A program made the translations under genes and the position numbers. A stretch of DNA of 64,000 nt from positions 3,573-67,572 of the forward strand of contig CAYTOI010000001.1 of the NCBI GenBank assembly GCA_964439805.1, written 5' to 3'. Shown piece after piece: positions 19,495-29,465 of this stretch (its first letter is position 1; each line of letters opens with the position of its first letter). Under the pieces are notes generated by a model. The model ran no database searches. It was not told where the DNA came from and saw only the letters and a program-made list of their open reading frames with translations. This DNA comes from an uncultured Pseudomonadales bacterium (GTDB lineage Bacteria; Patescibacteriota; Microgenomatia; UBA1400; MFAQ01).

Positions 19495-20683
19495 ATGGAT
19501 TGCAGGAATTACTATTTTTTTAATAGTTGCAGTTGGCATGTCATATTTCTTATGGCAAAAAAGCATACCACTCGTTAGTCCCATTGCTTTTATAGAAAGT
19601 ATTTATCAAGCTCCTACCAAAAACAAAAAAGTTGTCTACGGATTTTTACCTTACTGGAATCTAAAATATGCAGACACTCTTCAGATTAACCACCTTACCC
19701 ACCTTGCCTACTTTGCCATAGATTTAAATGAAGATGGCACTATCAACAAGAAGGTAAACAAGCGAGAACTAGAACCAGGTTGGAATAAATTGAATTCCGA
19801 CGCAACAAGCAAAATACTTTACCAAGCAAAACTCCTGAAGCAAAAAACAGTTCTCACTGTTACCGCCATGGACCCAAAACTTATTTCTTCAATCATAAAC
19901 AGTCCAGAATATTCATCTCTCTCCTTTTCATCCATACTAGATGTCTACAAAAATTTCAATTTCGATGGCATAAATGTAGATTTTGAATACGTAGGTGAAC
20001 CAGACGACAATACAATCAGTAACTTCACTTTATATGTAAAAAACCTCAAAACTCAATGCTTGAAGGTATCGCCAGACTGCTTTATAGACATAGACGTTTT
20101 TGGAGACTCAGCCAGCAAAAAAAGGTTATGGAATTTAGAGCAGCTCAACCCTTATGTAGACCATGTAATAGTCATGGCCTACGACTACTATAGAAAATCT
20201 TCTACCCAAGCAGGTCCCGTAGCTCCTCTGACCGGCACTTGCAAAGGAGAGTCCAGCGAACCATGTCTAGAACAAGATATTCTTCAACACCTTTCTCTTT
20301 TTACCAAAAAAATAGACCAAGGAAAGATAATTCTTGGAGTCCCCTTTTATGGTTATGAGTGGCAAACTGCATCCGAAAATTTTCTGGCAAATACCTATCC
20401 CAAAACCGGAAGCTTAGCTACATACCAAAGAGTTCAAGATTTAATACTAGACCCTGCCACATCTTCTCTTTCTGCAAAATGGTCAAATACCACACTCAGT
20501 CCCTACTTAATCTACTACGACAAAAATGATATCCAACAGATTCATTACGAAAACCAACAATCTCTAAAGCTAAAGATGGATGTCATAAAGGCTACCAACT
20601 TGGGAGGTGTTGCCATCTGGGCACTGGGATATGAGGTACCATATCAAGACATCTGGCAACCAATTGTCGACTTAAACAAATAG
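19475..20683 (+). CDS. Membrane-anchored GH18 glycoside hydrolase
   Basis: FDGINVDFE (DxxDxE), MAYDY, LGVPFYG, GVAIWALG. Confidence 0.9.
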   Translation: MPSPLPKWIAGITIFLIVAVGMSYFLWQKSIPLVSPIAFIESIYQAPTKNKKVVYGFLPYWNLKYADTLQINHLTHLAYFAIDLNEDGTINKKVNKRELEPGWNKLNSDATSKILYQAKLLKQKTVLTVTAMDPKLISSIINSPEYSSLSFSSILDVYKNFNFDGINVDFEYVGEPDDNTISNFTLYVKNLKTQCLKVSPDCFIDIDVFGDSASKKRLWNLEQLNPYVDHVIVMAYDYYRKSSTQAGPVAPLTGTCKGESSEPCLEQDILQHLSLFTKKIDQGKIILGVPFYGYEWQTASENFLANTYPKTGSLATYQRVQDLILDPATSSLSAKWSNTTLSPYLIYYDKNDIQQIHYENQQSLKLKMDVIKATNLGGVAIWALGYEVPYQDIWQPIVDLNK

Positions 20684-20750
20684 CCACTATTCAAACCCAG
20701 TCGCTAGAGATAGAATGACTTAAACCCCCTGCCCTTTCATACGTTTTGTA

Positions 20751-22928
20751 ATGTCTAAGCAAAAAAATAGAAATCTATCTTTATTTTCCTATATCGGTCT
20801 ACCTTTGTACCGAATATTTCTTGTCGCTGCTATTTTCCTAATTTACCTATTTTCATTTACAAAACAAGCCCTTCAGTCAATTAAACTATCTGCCATTGCG
20901 AATCTTGTACTCAAGCTGTGGCAATCCATCCCCATTCCGTCATTCACGTCCCTCAGTAATTCATCTAGTCCTGCCAAAATCTGGCAAAAAAGAAACAAAA
21001 AACTCCACCCAAAAAAACTTGTCCCTCCAAAACGCCGCCCAGCATTTAGCATAAAGGCAGGAGTAACAACTATTGTTATCTTATTAATCACTTCTACCTC
21101 AATCTATTACTCCAATATGTTTTTGAAGTCACTACCTGATCCAAAAATCCTAGAAAATTTCCCATCCAAACTTTCTACTGTTATCTTGGACAGAAATGGA
21201 GTTCTTCTCTATCAAATATACAAAGACGAAAACAGAACAGTCGTCAATATCAACGAACTTCCAAATCACGTCAGAAATGCTTTTTTAGCTGCTGAGGACA
21301 AAGACTTTTATAAACATCATGGGTTTTCCATATCAGGACTGGCCAGGGCTGTATACAAAAATTTAATAAACGAAAGAATAGAGGGTGGTTCCACAATTAC
21401 CCAACAGTTAGTAAAAAACACCTTACTTACAAACGAAAAAACCTTTGTAAGAAAAGCAAAGGAACTCGTTTTGTCCTTACAAGTTGAGACCCTTTTTAGC
21501 AAAGACAAAATATTTGAAACTTATCTAAATCAAGTAGGTTTTGGTGGACCCGCTTATGGCATACAAGAAGCATCCCAACAGTATTTTAGTATTGACGCCA
21601 AAGATCTCTCAATTTCACAAGCTGCTTTTTTGGCCGGACTAACTCAAGCTCCTACAAAATACTCCCCTTTTGGAGAAAATTTACAGTTAGGACTCGAAAG
21701 ACAAAAGATTGTGCTTGGGCAAATGCTAAAAAACGGTTTTCTGACACAAAGCGAATTTGATAAGTCAAACAGTGAAAATATTGTTTTTAGATCAGCAAAA
21801 AATGAGATTATTGCTCCCCACTTTGTTATGTATGTTAGAAACCAGTTAGTGAATCAACTAGGCGAAAACATCGTGAACCAAGGGGGTCTCACTGTAATTA
21901 CCACCTTAGACGTCAATGTTCAAAAGAAAGCTCAGCAAATAGTCAGAGATGAAATAAAAAACATTGGAAGGTTAAACGTGTCAAATGGCTCCGCACTGGT
22001 TACTGATCCCAAAACAGGCGAAATTCTAGCGATGGTAGGGTCCACAGACTATTTTGATCTCAATCAAGATGGACAAGTCAACCTCACCACCTCACTAAGA
22101 CAGCCAGGCAGTTCCATAAAACCTCTTAACTACGCCCTAGCTTTCGAAAGAGGCAAAAAACCTACAGACACCATAGAAGACAAAGCAATTTCCGTCGTCT
22201 ACCCCAACAAACAAAGTTGGACTCCAAAAAACTACGACAACAAATTCCATGGAATAGTTACTCTAAAACAGGCCTTAGCCAATTCATACAACATACCCTC
22301 AGTTCTAATTTTAAAAGAAAACGGAATAGTAGAATTTGCCAAGCTGGCCCAAAAAATGGGAATCAGTACTTGGAATGATCCAACTAGATTTGGACTTTCA
22401 ATGGGACTGGGAAGCTTAGAGGTAAAAATGACAGACCTGGCTACAGCATACTCATCTTTTGCCAACGACGGAATTGCCACTCCACTAAATTCTATTAAAG
22501 AAGTAATCTCAAACAATCAAAAATTAAGTTCAATTTATAAATGCGAAAACTATCAAACCGAAAAAATCTCATCAACCACTGTTTTGGCTGAAGAAGATAA
22601 CTGCCTTCCTAGAAGAGTTATCAGCTCCCAAACAGCCAAACAAATTACAGAGATTCTAAGCGACAACCAAGCTCGTTCAAGCGCTTTTGGCTTTAACTCT
22701 GTACTCAATATCAAAGGGTTTAGTGTTGCTGTAAAAACCGGCACCAGCAACAACTTAAAAGACAACTGGACCATTGGCTATAACAAAGATTACCTGGTGG
22801 CTACCTGGGTAGGTAACAATGACAGCAGGCCCATGTCTAGCGTGGCGTCAGGCATTACAGGAGCTTCCCCCATATGGTCAAAGATATTTACTGGACTCCT
22901 CAAAAAACAACCCCTTGCCTCCAATTAA
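20751..22928 (+). CDS. Class A penicillin-binding protein
   Basis: EDKDFYKHHG, GGSTITQQLVKN; SSIK, SYN, KTGT. Confidence 0.95.
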   Translation: MSKQKNRNLSLFSYIGLPLYRIFLVAAIFLIYLFSFTKQALQSIKLSAIANLVLKLWQSIPIPSFTSLSNSSSPAKIWQKRNKKLHPKKLVPPKRRPAFSIKAGVTTIVILLITSTSIYYSNMFLKSLPDPKILENFPSKLSTVILDRNGVLLYQIYKDENRTVVNINELPNHVRNAFLAAEDKDFYKHHGFSISGLARAVYKNLINERIEGGSTITQQLVKNTLLTNEKTFVRKAKELVLSLQVETLFSKDKIFETYLNQVGFGGPAYGIQEASQQYFSIDAKDLSISQAAFLAGLTQAPTKYSPFGENLQLGLERQKIVLGQMLKNGFLTQSEFDKSNSENIVFRSAKNEIIAPHFVMYVRNQLVNQLGENIVNQGGLTVITTLDVNVQKKAQQIVRDEIKNIGRLNVSNGSALVTDPKTGEILAMVGSTDYFDLNQDGQVNLTTSLRQPGSSIKPLNYALAFERGKKPTDTIEDKAISVVYPNKQSWTPKNYDNKFHGIVTLKQALANSYNIPSVLILKENGIVEFAKLAQKMGISTWNDPTRFGLSMGLGSLEVKMTDLATAYSSFANDGIATPLNSIKEVISNNQKLSSIYKCENYQTEKISSTTVLAEEDNCLPRRVISSQTAKQITEILSDNQARSSAFGFNSVLNIKGFSVAVKTGTSNNLKDNWTIGYNKDYLVATWVGNNDSRPMSSVASGITGASPIWSKIFTGLLKKQPLASN

Positions 22929-22938
22929 CGCGACCTCT

Positions 22939-23238
22939 TCAAATCTTGTACTTAAGAAAAAACTTACTCTCTTTGTCAGAATCCTTATCAATTTCTTCAT
23001 TATCTTGATTCCTAGTGCTCTTGAGTTCTTGATTTCTTATGGGCTTCCCTTCTACCATCGCTTTCATCCAAAATCCCAAAGTCACGATAATGACTACAAG
23101 CATCACCCAAAAAATTACCTTTCTATCTTTAATCTTTTCCTCTTTTGATTTTTTCTTTTTTTCTTTTTTTTTAGGAACTGACTCAAGAGATTCTTCCTCT
23201 TCTTCTGTCATCTCATTGTTTGGAAACTTATTACTCAT
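22939..23238 (-). CDS. Small single-TM charged hypothetical protein
   Basis: Acidic/basic N-terminus, one TM; start overlaps the upstream dehydrogenase stop. Confidence 0.65.
   Translation of the reverse strand: MSNKFPNNEMTEEEEESLESVPKKKEKKKKSKEEKIKDRKVIFWVMLVVIIVTLGFWMKAMVEGKPIRNQELKSTRNQDNEEIDKDSDKESKFFLKYKI
23003..23034 (+). repeat. Octamer array in coding sequence (RNQELKSTRNQD)
   Basis: tcttgatt cctagtgc tcttgagt tcttgatt. Confidence 0.75.
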
Positions 23239-24211
23239 TATTTTTATATTCAATATTTACTAAACAGGAAGGCTGTCTACCCTCCAGAGCATCTTTTAGA
23301 TTATCCACCAAAACTCTAGCCATAGAAAGCCTTGCTTCTACTGTTGCTGAAGCTGTATGTGGTGTCAACACTACATTCTTCATCCTCAATAATTCTTCTG
23401 GAATTTCCATTTCATTTTCAAAAACATCAAGTCCAGCTCCAGCAATAACTTTATTTTTTAAACAATCTATTAAGTCAGCTTCATTTACTATTCCCCCTCT
23501 AGCTGTATTTATAAACAAAGCTGACTTTTTCATCAAAGAAATTTCCTTTTTTGTTATGATGTGTTTCGTTTCCGCGTTTAACGCAAGAGAAACGCTAACA
23601 ACATCAGAAAGCTCCAGTAACTTCTCCAGACTATGATAAACACACTCATTTTCCGCTTCAAATTCTTCATCTCTCGTTCTATTAAAGTAAATTACTTTCA
23701 TTCCCACTGCTTTGGCTAGCCTTGCCGTCCACCTCCCAATTCTACCCAAACCAATCACTCCTATCACCTTATCTTTTACACTCGTCCCAAGCAACAAATC
23801 TGGTTCCCAACCTTTGTACCCATGGCTTCTAATTAAACTATCCCCTTCTACCACTCGCCTATACAAAGCAAAAATTAAAGCAATAACGTGTTCAGCCACT
23901 GATTCGGTCAAAACTCCAGGAGTATTTGTAATACAAATTCCTCTTTTGGTTGCTTCTTTAACATCTATATTGTCATACCCAACCGCGTAATTACTTATCA
24001 CTTTTAAGTTTTTTCCAGCCGCATCCATTACCTCAGCGTCAATCTTTTCAGTAAGTAGTGAAACAATAGCAACTGAATCTTTTACGCCAGCAAGCAACTC
24101 TTTTCTAGAAATATTTTTTCCCTGATACACTTCTACTTCAAATTTTTCTTTCAGCCCACCCAAATACTTCTCCAAAAAAATATGCGTCACAAACACCTTT
24201 GGTTTATCCAT
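23231..24211 (-). CDS. D-2-hydroxyacid dehydrogenase (glyoxylate reductase/D-glycerate dehydrogenase-like)
   Basis: AVGYDNID, GLGRIG, INTARG, GLDVFENE, LTPHTAS. Confidence 0.93.
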   Translation of the reverse strand: MDKPKVFVTHIFLEKYLGGLKEKFEVEVYQGKNISRKELLAGVKDSVAIVSLLTEKIDAEVMDAAGKNLKVISNYAVGYDNIDVKEATKRGICITNTPGVLTESVAEHVIALIFALYRRVVEGDSLIRSHGYKGWEPDLLLGTSVKDKVIGVIGLGRIGRWTARLAKAVGMKVIYFNRTRDEEFEAENECVYHSLEKLLELSDVVSVSLALNAETKHIITKKEISLMKKSALFINTARGGIVNEADLIDCLKNKVIAGAGLDVFENEMEIPEELLRMKNVVLTPHTASATVEARLSMARVLVDNLKDALEGRQPSCLVNIEYKNNE

Positions 24212-24228
24212 ACCTTCATTTAATCACA

Positions 24229-25209
24229 TCACACCCATCCCTCTACAGACTTTAGCTTCTTCTTCATCCACTTTTCCATTTCGTCTTTACTCAACAGCCC
24301 TGCCTTCGCTCCCATCTTTGTCACCACACTACTACCATTGGCAAGGCCCATCTTCAGCATCTTTTCATCACTAACATAATTTATTAGCCCCTCAACAAAT
24401 CCACACACAAACGCATCTCCCGCACCAGTATCATCAACAGACTTGTTTAAAAAAGTGTTCATTTTAACCCACTTACCAGACCTAATTAACGTAGCTCCTC
24501 TCTTCCCATCAGTTACGGCAATTACCCGCACCCCAGAATCAGATAACATTTTAAAAATATCTTGTTCGTTTTCAAAATCAACCCCACAAACAACACTCGC
24601 CTCAGACCGATTCAAAATTAGCGCTTCAATCTTGGAAAGTAATGGCCACAATTTTCCTGACTCTATTTCAGACTTTCCAGGGTTCAACCCAATTCTTATG
24701 CCATTTGTATAACAATAAGAAACAATGTCTTCAAGTAAGTCCATTCTCCCTCCCAAACTAGATATTTGTACCCAGTCAGCATTTTTAAATTGATTCCAAT
24801 CAATTTTTTTGGTATCAATTTCTAAGCTTTCACCTCTAAAAGTAATTATCGATCTTTGCCCATCCCCATTAATAAGTACAGTGGACACACCAGTATTTTT
24901 ACTTCCACTTTGTACCATCGACAAATCTACTTGATATGAGTTCATTTCCTCCATAAAAATTTTCCCCATACTATCTTCCCCAACCTTTGTAACCATCTTT
25001 ACTGCCTCACCCAATCTTTTCAAACCAACAGCAACGTTACTTCCCCCTCCACCGCTAGTCATCAATCCCTCTTCAGCTTCAATTTTTCCGCCAAGCACTT
25101 CACATAGAGCCACGCCACCATGAACAGCAGAATTTTTTACAATCTTAAACTGACTAGACTTCATCAACACATCCATAACACTTGCCCCAATTACCACTAT
25201 TCTTTGCAT
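24229..25209 (-). CDS. PfkB-family carbohydrate kinase
   Basis: GGGGSNVA, LNRSE, DDTGAGDAF. Confidence 0.92.
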   Translation of the reverse strand: MQRIVVIGASVMDVLMKSSQFKIVKNSAVHGGVALCEVLGGKIEAEEGLMTSGGGGSNVAVGLKRLGEAVKMVTKVGEDSMGKIFMEEMNSYQVDLSMVQSGSKNTGVSTVLINGDGQRSIITFRGESLEIDTKKIDWNQFKNADWVQISSLGGRMDLLEDIVSYCYTNGIRIGLNPGKSEIESGKLWPLLSKIEALILNRSEASVVCGVDFENEQDIFKMLSDSGVRVIAVTDGKRGATLIRSGKWVKMNTFLNKSVDDTGAGDAFVCGFVEGLINYVSDEKMLKMGLANGSSVVTKMGAKAGLLSKDEMEKWMKKKLKSVEGWV

Positions 25210-25253
25210 ATCATCATTCTAACAAACACAGCATCGTTACGATAAAATAAGCT

Positions 25254-25703
25254 GTGCTCAAACCGTTACACCACCTCAAACCAAAAACCGGCAAAGAAAT
25301 TCCCTTTATTATTCTCATAAGTTTCTTGGTTACCTTTTTAGTTTCCAGACTGGTAGTCTTTTACGGGCCAACGTCTAACTTTTATTTAAATGTCAAAGGT
25401 ATTCATGTTCACCACCTAGCTTATGGCATTTGCCTACTTGGAATAGTCGGATTTCTTAGTTTAGTTTTGGACAGAACTGAAAAGGTTAGGTTGCGTCTTT
25501 CCGTTTGGTACGGAATTGCCTTAGGGCTTGCCTTTGACGAATTTGCCATGTGGATTCAACTAGAAGATGTCTACAGAGATCGTTCTACCTACGACGCCAT
25601 CATGATCATCACCCTCATCATGCTCAACGTAGTTTACTTCAGCGATTTCTGGAAAAAATGGGGCCACCACCTGAGATCTCTCCTCCACAAACTCACAAGT
25701 TAA
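25254..25703 (+). CDS. Integral membrane protein with HxHH motif
   Basis: Four TM segments, IHVHHLAYG, GLAFDEF. Confidence 0.75.
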   Translation: MLKPLHHLKPKTGKEIPFIILISFLVTFLVSRLVVFYGPTSNFYLNVKGIHVHHLAYGICLLGIVGFLSLVLDRTEKVRLRLSVWYGIALGLAFDEFAMWIQLEDVYRDRSTYDAIMIITLIMLNVVYFSDFWKKWGHHLRSLLHKLTS

Positions 25704-25811
25704 AATATTTTTATTCTCAATAAAATATCAACCGGGCTAGTTTCTCAATAACATTATTTCTGATTTATATCATTAAGTACTCAAACATAATATTTAATGT
25801 TATTATTTGTC

Positions 25812-27113
25812 ATGCCAGAACAGGAATATTCAGTAGGTACTGAAGGCCTCAGGGCTGCACAAGATGTAATCTCACAAAAAGTTTTCGACAGGGCTTTACA
25901 AATAAATCCTTATGGTGAACAACCTCACGACCTCGCCATTGAAGCAGCAGAACTCGAGACAGAAGCAACCTACCCTTCACTAGAACGTCTTTCACCTAAA
26001 GCTCAAGAATATGCAAAACGCGATCTGGATAAATTAACGGAAAATCTAAAAGCATTAAGGAAACTATCTAATACGTCAACACTAGATTATTCCACAATAG
26101 GAAAAATTGAATCGTTGGTGGGTGATAATCCGGTTTTGGTTGATAAAAATCATGATGTTCTATTTCAAAAAGCCTGGGCACCGACAGGAGAACAAGAACT
26201 GCCCAGTGCGCCTTTCTTTATAACAGCAGAATATGAAGCGCTTCGTTTAAAAATATTAAGTGAAACAGAAAGAGTTATTTCTAAAGTTGACCCTTACGAC
26301 AAATACTCCCAAAGCTCTACAGAGATAAACAGAGCACGCCTGAAGGCACTTGAGGATACTTCACCAGACTCTTCATTAAGAATTAAGGTTGATGCGGCAA
26401 ACAAGAAAATTGCAGAACTAGACTTCGGAGAATGGCCAATTTATCATGGTTTGGGAATAGAGTCTTTACTGGACGTGCTTGATAGTGATAGCTTATTGTG
26501 TCGCTCAAAACAAATCAATAGTAGAGGAAAGGCAAGACTCAATACTTCTCGAGGGAAACGGACAGACCAAGAAATGTTTAATGTTTCTTTTTCCAACATA
26601 CCAGATCGGGGTTATACAGATACATTTAAATACGGTAACAGTGACATAGCATTTGTGACTCCTGATGATATCTGGGTAGTTTCTGATTTAGGATCATTGA
26701 TCAAAGGAGGTGAAAGATTCTTTTATACCGACGGATGGCAAATGATGGGGAAAAAGGATCAGGATGGATTCAAGTTGTCATTTAGTGAAGATCCATTTGT
26801 ACTGCTTGTTACTGAAGAGGCGTTAACAAAAATAAAAAATCGTATCGCAACCGACATGAGATTTGCGGATAAAGATATGGACGGATGGATTGATAATCAT
26901 GTAGTCATTATCCCCAATTTTCCTTCCAAGACTGGTGATCTAAATTTTAATATGGATGAATCGGTAAAACATAAAATTAAACAAAAGTTTCAAGAGAATA
27001 ATCCGAACCAAAAACTTCCCAAGAATAATGGTTATCTAGTACCATCCGGCGAACTATTTGATGACCAAGGTGGTAAAAAAGTAATGTCTTTTTGTTGGAT
27101 CGAAAAACAATAG
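25812..27113 (+). CDS. Hypothetical protein, C-terminal half possibly ADP-ribosyltransferase-like
   Basis: Long ORF; IYHG....LLDVLDSDSLLCR ... NVSFS...GY pattern. Confidence 0.6.
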   Translation: MPEQEYSVGTEGLRAAQDVISQKVFDRALQINPYGEQPHDLAIEAAELETEATYPSLERLSPKAQEYAKRDLDKLTENLKALRKLSNTSTLDYSTIGKIESLVGDNPVLVDKNHDVLFQKAWAPTGEQELPSAPFFITAEYEALRLKILSETERVISKVDPYDKYSQSSTEINRARLKALEDTSPDSSLRIKVDAANKKIAELDFGEWPIYHGLGIESLLDVLDSDSLLCRSKQINSRGKARLNTSRGKRTDQEMFNVSFSNIPDRGYTDTFKYGNSDIAFVTPDDIWVVSDLGSLIKGGERFFYTDGWQMMGKKDQDGFKLSFSEDPFVLLVTEEALTKIKNRIATDMRFADKDMDGWIDNHVVIIPNFPSKTGDLNFNMDESVKHKIKQKFQENNPNQKLPKNNGYLVPSGELFDDQGGKKVMSFCWIEKQ

Positions 27114-27284
27114 ACAGTATTAGCTAATTGCAAAAAGCTGTTGGTAAACCGCTACAGTTTTCATGTTAGGTCTCCATTACAATGTGTTAAGGTCTAAACA
27201 ACTTTCTTAGTTAGTACGATTGTCGATTCTTGCGTTTATTATGTTATAGTAAATTACTAATATCAAAAGCGCATCACAACAAAT

Positions 27285-27761
27285 ATGTCATCTGAAAACG
27301 CTCCCACCCCTGACAACTCCAATCATTTTTCTGAAATTGAAAGACAGTATAGTAGCTCTGTCAAAAAAACTGAGATAGTTTTTGGAGATGAAAAGAAAAA
27401 AATATCACTACTAGTCACAGAGCCACAAAGCACAAACTTTATGGAAAAAGCAAAAGATGCAATTAAAAATTTACAGGATGGACAAAAACAAATAATTGTT
27501 ACTGAAAATGGAGATGTATACGAAGTAAAAACAACTGGATATTTTTCAGAACGATCTAACGCAGACAACCTAATAGACATCGCCAAATCCTTGCCTACAA
27601 CTGGAAATTGGAATTACGAGACAGAAAAGAAAGTGCGGCAAGAATACAAAGGGCAGTCGAGTGATGTTGACACACTAAATCTAAAATACATTGGTAAATA
27701 CAAAGACAAATTGGACCCAAAAAAAACTGCTGAAGAATATTTAATGTTTCAACTGGCTTAG
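27285..27761 (+). CDS. Hypothetical protein
   Basis: 158-aa hydrophilic ORF, convergent with the aldolase. Confidence 0.6.
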   Translation: MSSENAPTPDNSNHFSEIERQYSSSVKKTEIVFGDEKKKISLLVTEPQSTNFMEKAKDAIKNLQDGQKQIIVTENGDVYEVKTTGYFSERSNADNLIDIAKSLPTTGNWNYETEKKVRQEYKGQSSDVDTLNLKYIGKYKDKLDPKKTAEEYLMFQLA

Positions 27762-28495
27762 TAAAATATCAACCGAGCTAGTTTTTCTGTAACCTCATTT
27801 GGGTCAGGGTCTTGCCAAACATTTCTCCCTATCGCAATTCCTTTTGCCCCGGCTTTCATCACTCCACTCACTTCTTCTTCGAGGTTTTCCCAATCTGTTT
27901 TTTTACCCCCTTGCGCCAACACTCCTGTTTTCCCAGCCGCTTTTACTACCCAACTAAAACTTTCTACATCTCCCGTGTATGGCACTTTTACATAGTCCGC
28001 ATTAAGCTCCAACCCTAGTCTTGCCCCATAGGCCACCGTGTCTCTTTCTGACTCTCTACCTAGCACCTTAGAGCCTCGTGGATACATCCAAGCAATCACT
28101 TCCAATCCCTTTGCGTGCGCCTCATCTTCTATTTTTGAAAATTCTACAAGCATTTCTTCTTCGTGCTCACTTCCTACATATATTGTGTACCCAACAGCTT
28201 TTGCACCAAGTTCAATTGCCTTGTCGACAGTACATAGCTGAAGCGACAATGGTTCTTCGCTATAAAACGAAGTCTTACCATTTAGTTTTACAATCAAAGG
28301 AATATCACTCTTTTTGTCGTAGTACCTTGCCGCTACTCCCTCTTGAAAAACAACTCCTGTATAGTATCCATTTTTGGCTATCTTCATTATGTAGCTCGGA
28401 TCCACATTTTTTTCATCAAAATCAATTGGACCGTGTTCAAAACCTTGGTCATAAGCCAAAATCATTACCTTACCGTTTCTTGCTAACTTACTCAT
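27758..28495 (-). CDS. Class I (DhnA/archaeal-type) fructose-bisphosphate aldolase
   Basis: LAYDQGFEHGP, KLNGKT, AWMYPRG, ADYVKVPY, GGKK, IGRNVWQ. Confidence 0.92.
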   Translation of the reverse strand: MSKLARNGKVMILAYDQGFEHGPIDFDEKNVDPSYIMKIAKNGYYTGVVFQEGVAARYYDKKSDIPLIVKLNGKTSFYSEEPLSLQLCTVDKAIELGAKAVGYTIYVGSEHEEEMLVEFSKIEDEAHAKGLEVIAWMYPRGSKVLGRESERDTVAYGARLGLELNADYVKVPYTGDVESFSWVVKAAGKTGVLAQGGKKTDWENLEEEVSGVMKAGAKGIAIGRNVWQDPDPNEVTEKLARLIFY

Positions 28496-29465
28496 TTTTA
28501 TAAACTAGTTTTTTAATTAAATTAATTAAGTTCACACTTGTCAGTCCGTATTTTTGCATCAGTTCCTCTGGTTCCCCACTTTCTCCAAACCGGTCTCTCA
28601 TCCCCAGTCTTATCATCGGTACCGGACAGTTTTCCGAAAGCACTTCAGCGACAGCACTTCCCAAGCCACCAATTATTGAATGTTCTTCAGCTGTAATTAC
28701 TTTTCCCGTTTTCTTTGCCGATTTTACAATTGCATTTACATCTATTGGTTTTATCGTATGAACATTTACCACCTCCACCTCTATTGTTCCAGATAGTTTC
28801 TCAGCAGCTACCATTGCCTCATAAACCATAGCTCCACAAGCAAATATCGTAATGTCTTTTCCACCCCTTAAAACCTGAGCCTTACCTATTTCAAATGGAG
28901 TATCAACTGTCGTAATTATTTCTCTAGCTGGCTTTGTCATCCTCATGTACACAGCTCCTTTTTTCTCTGACATTGCCCAAACCGCTTTTTTTACTTGCTC
29001 ATAATCTGCAGGAACTAAAATAGTTAAGTTTGGAAGCACTCTAGCAATAGCCAAGTCATCAAAACTTTGTTGATTTGCCCCATCTACTCCATTTCCAAAA
29101 CCAGAGTGCCCTCCAATTATTTTTACATTTTCATTGGTAAGACAAACGGATACCCGCAGTTGCCCCCAGTTGTTCCCAGGATTAAAACAAGCAATCGAGT
29201 TCACAAATGGTATATATCCACTCATGGCCATCCCAGCCGCCACCCCCATCATGTTCTGCTCCTGAATTCCCATTTCAATTAGTCTATTTGGAAATTCTTT
29301 TTTAAAACTTTCAAGCTTAAGGCTATCCAGCAAATCCGCCACTAGAGCAACAATTCTCGGGTCTTTTCTCGCCACTTCCACGACAGCTTCACCATATCCA
29401 TCTCTCATTGGCTTCTTTGATAACTTTCCAAAGTCCTCCACCAAATTCATCTCCTTATTAATCAT
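28488..29465 (-). CDS. Transketolase, C-terminal subunit
   Basis: MGIQEQNM, DGANQQ, EEHSIIGGLG, FGESG. Confidence 0.93.
   Translation of the reverse strand: MINKEMNLVEDFGKLSKKPMRDGYGEAVVEVARKDPRIVALVADLLDSLKLESFKKEFPNRLIEMGIQEQNMMGVAAGMAMSGYIPFVNSIACFNPGNNWGQLRVSVCLTNENVKIIGGHSGFGNGVDGANQQSFDDLAIARVLPNLTILVPADYEQVKKAVWAMSEKKGAVYMRMTKPAREIITTVDTPFEIGKAQVLRGGKDITIFACGAMVYEAMVAAEKLSGTIEVEVVNVHTIKPIDVNAIVKSAKKTGKVITAEEHSIIGGLGSAVAEVLSENCPVPMIRLGMRDRFGESGEPEELMQKYGLTSVNLINLIKKLVYKNE

Noticed and set aside
27222-27250. dif-like site (TTATGTTATAG resembles the XerD arm)
   Set aside because: No matching XerC arm at 6-bp spacing and no visible skew switch.
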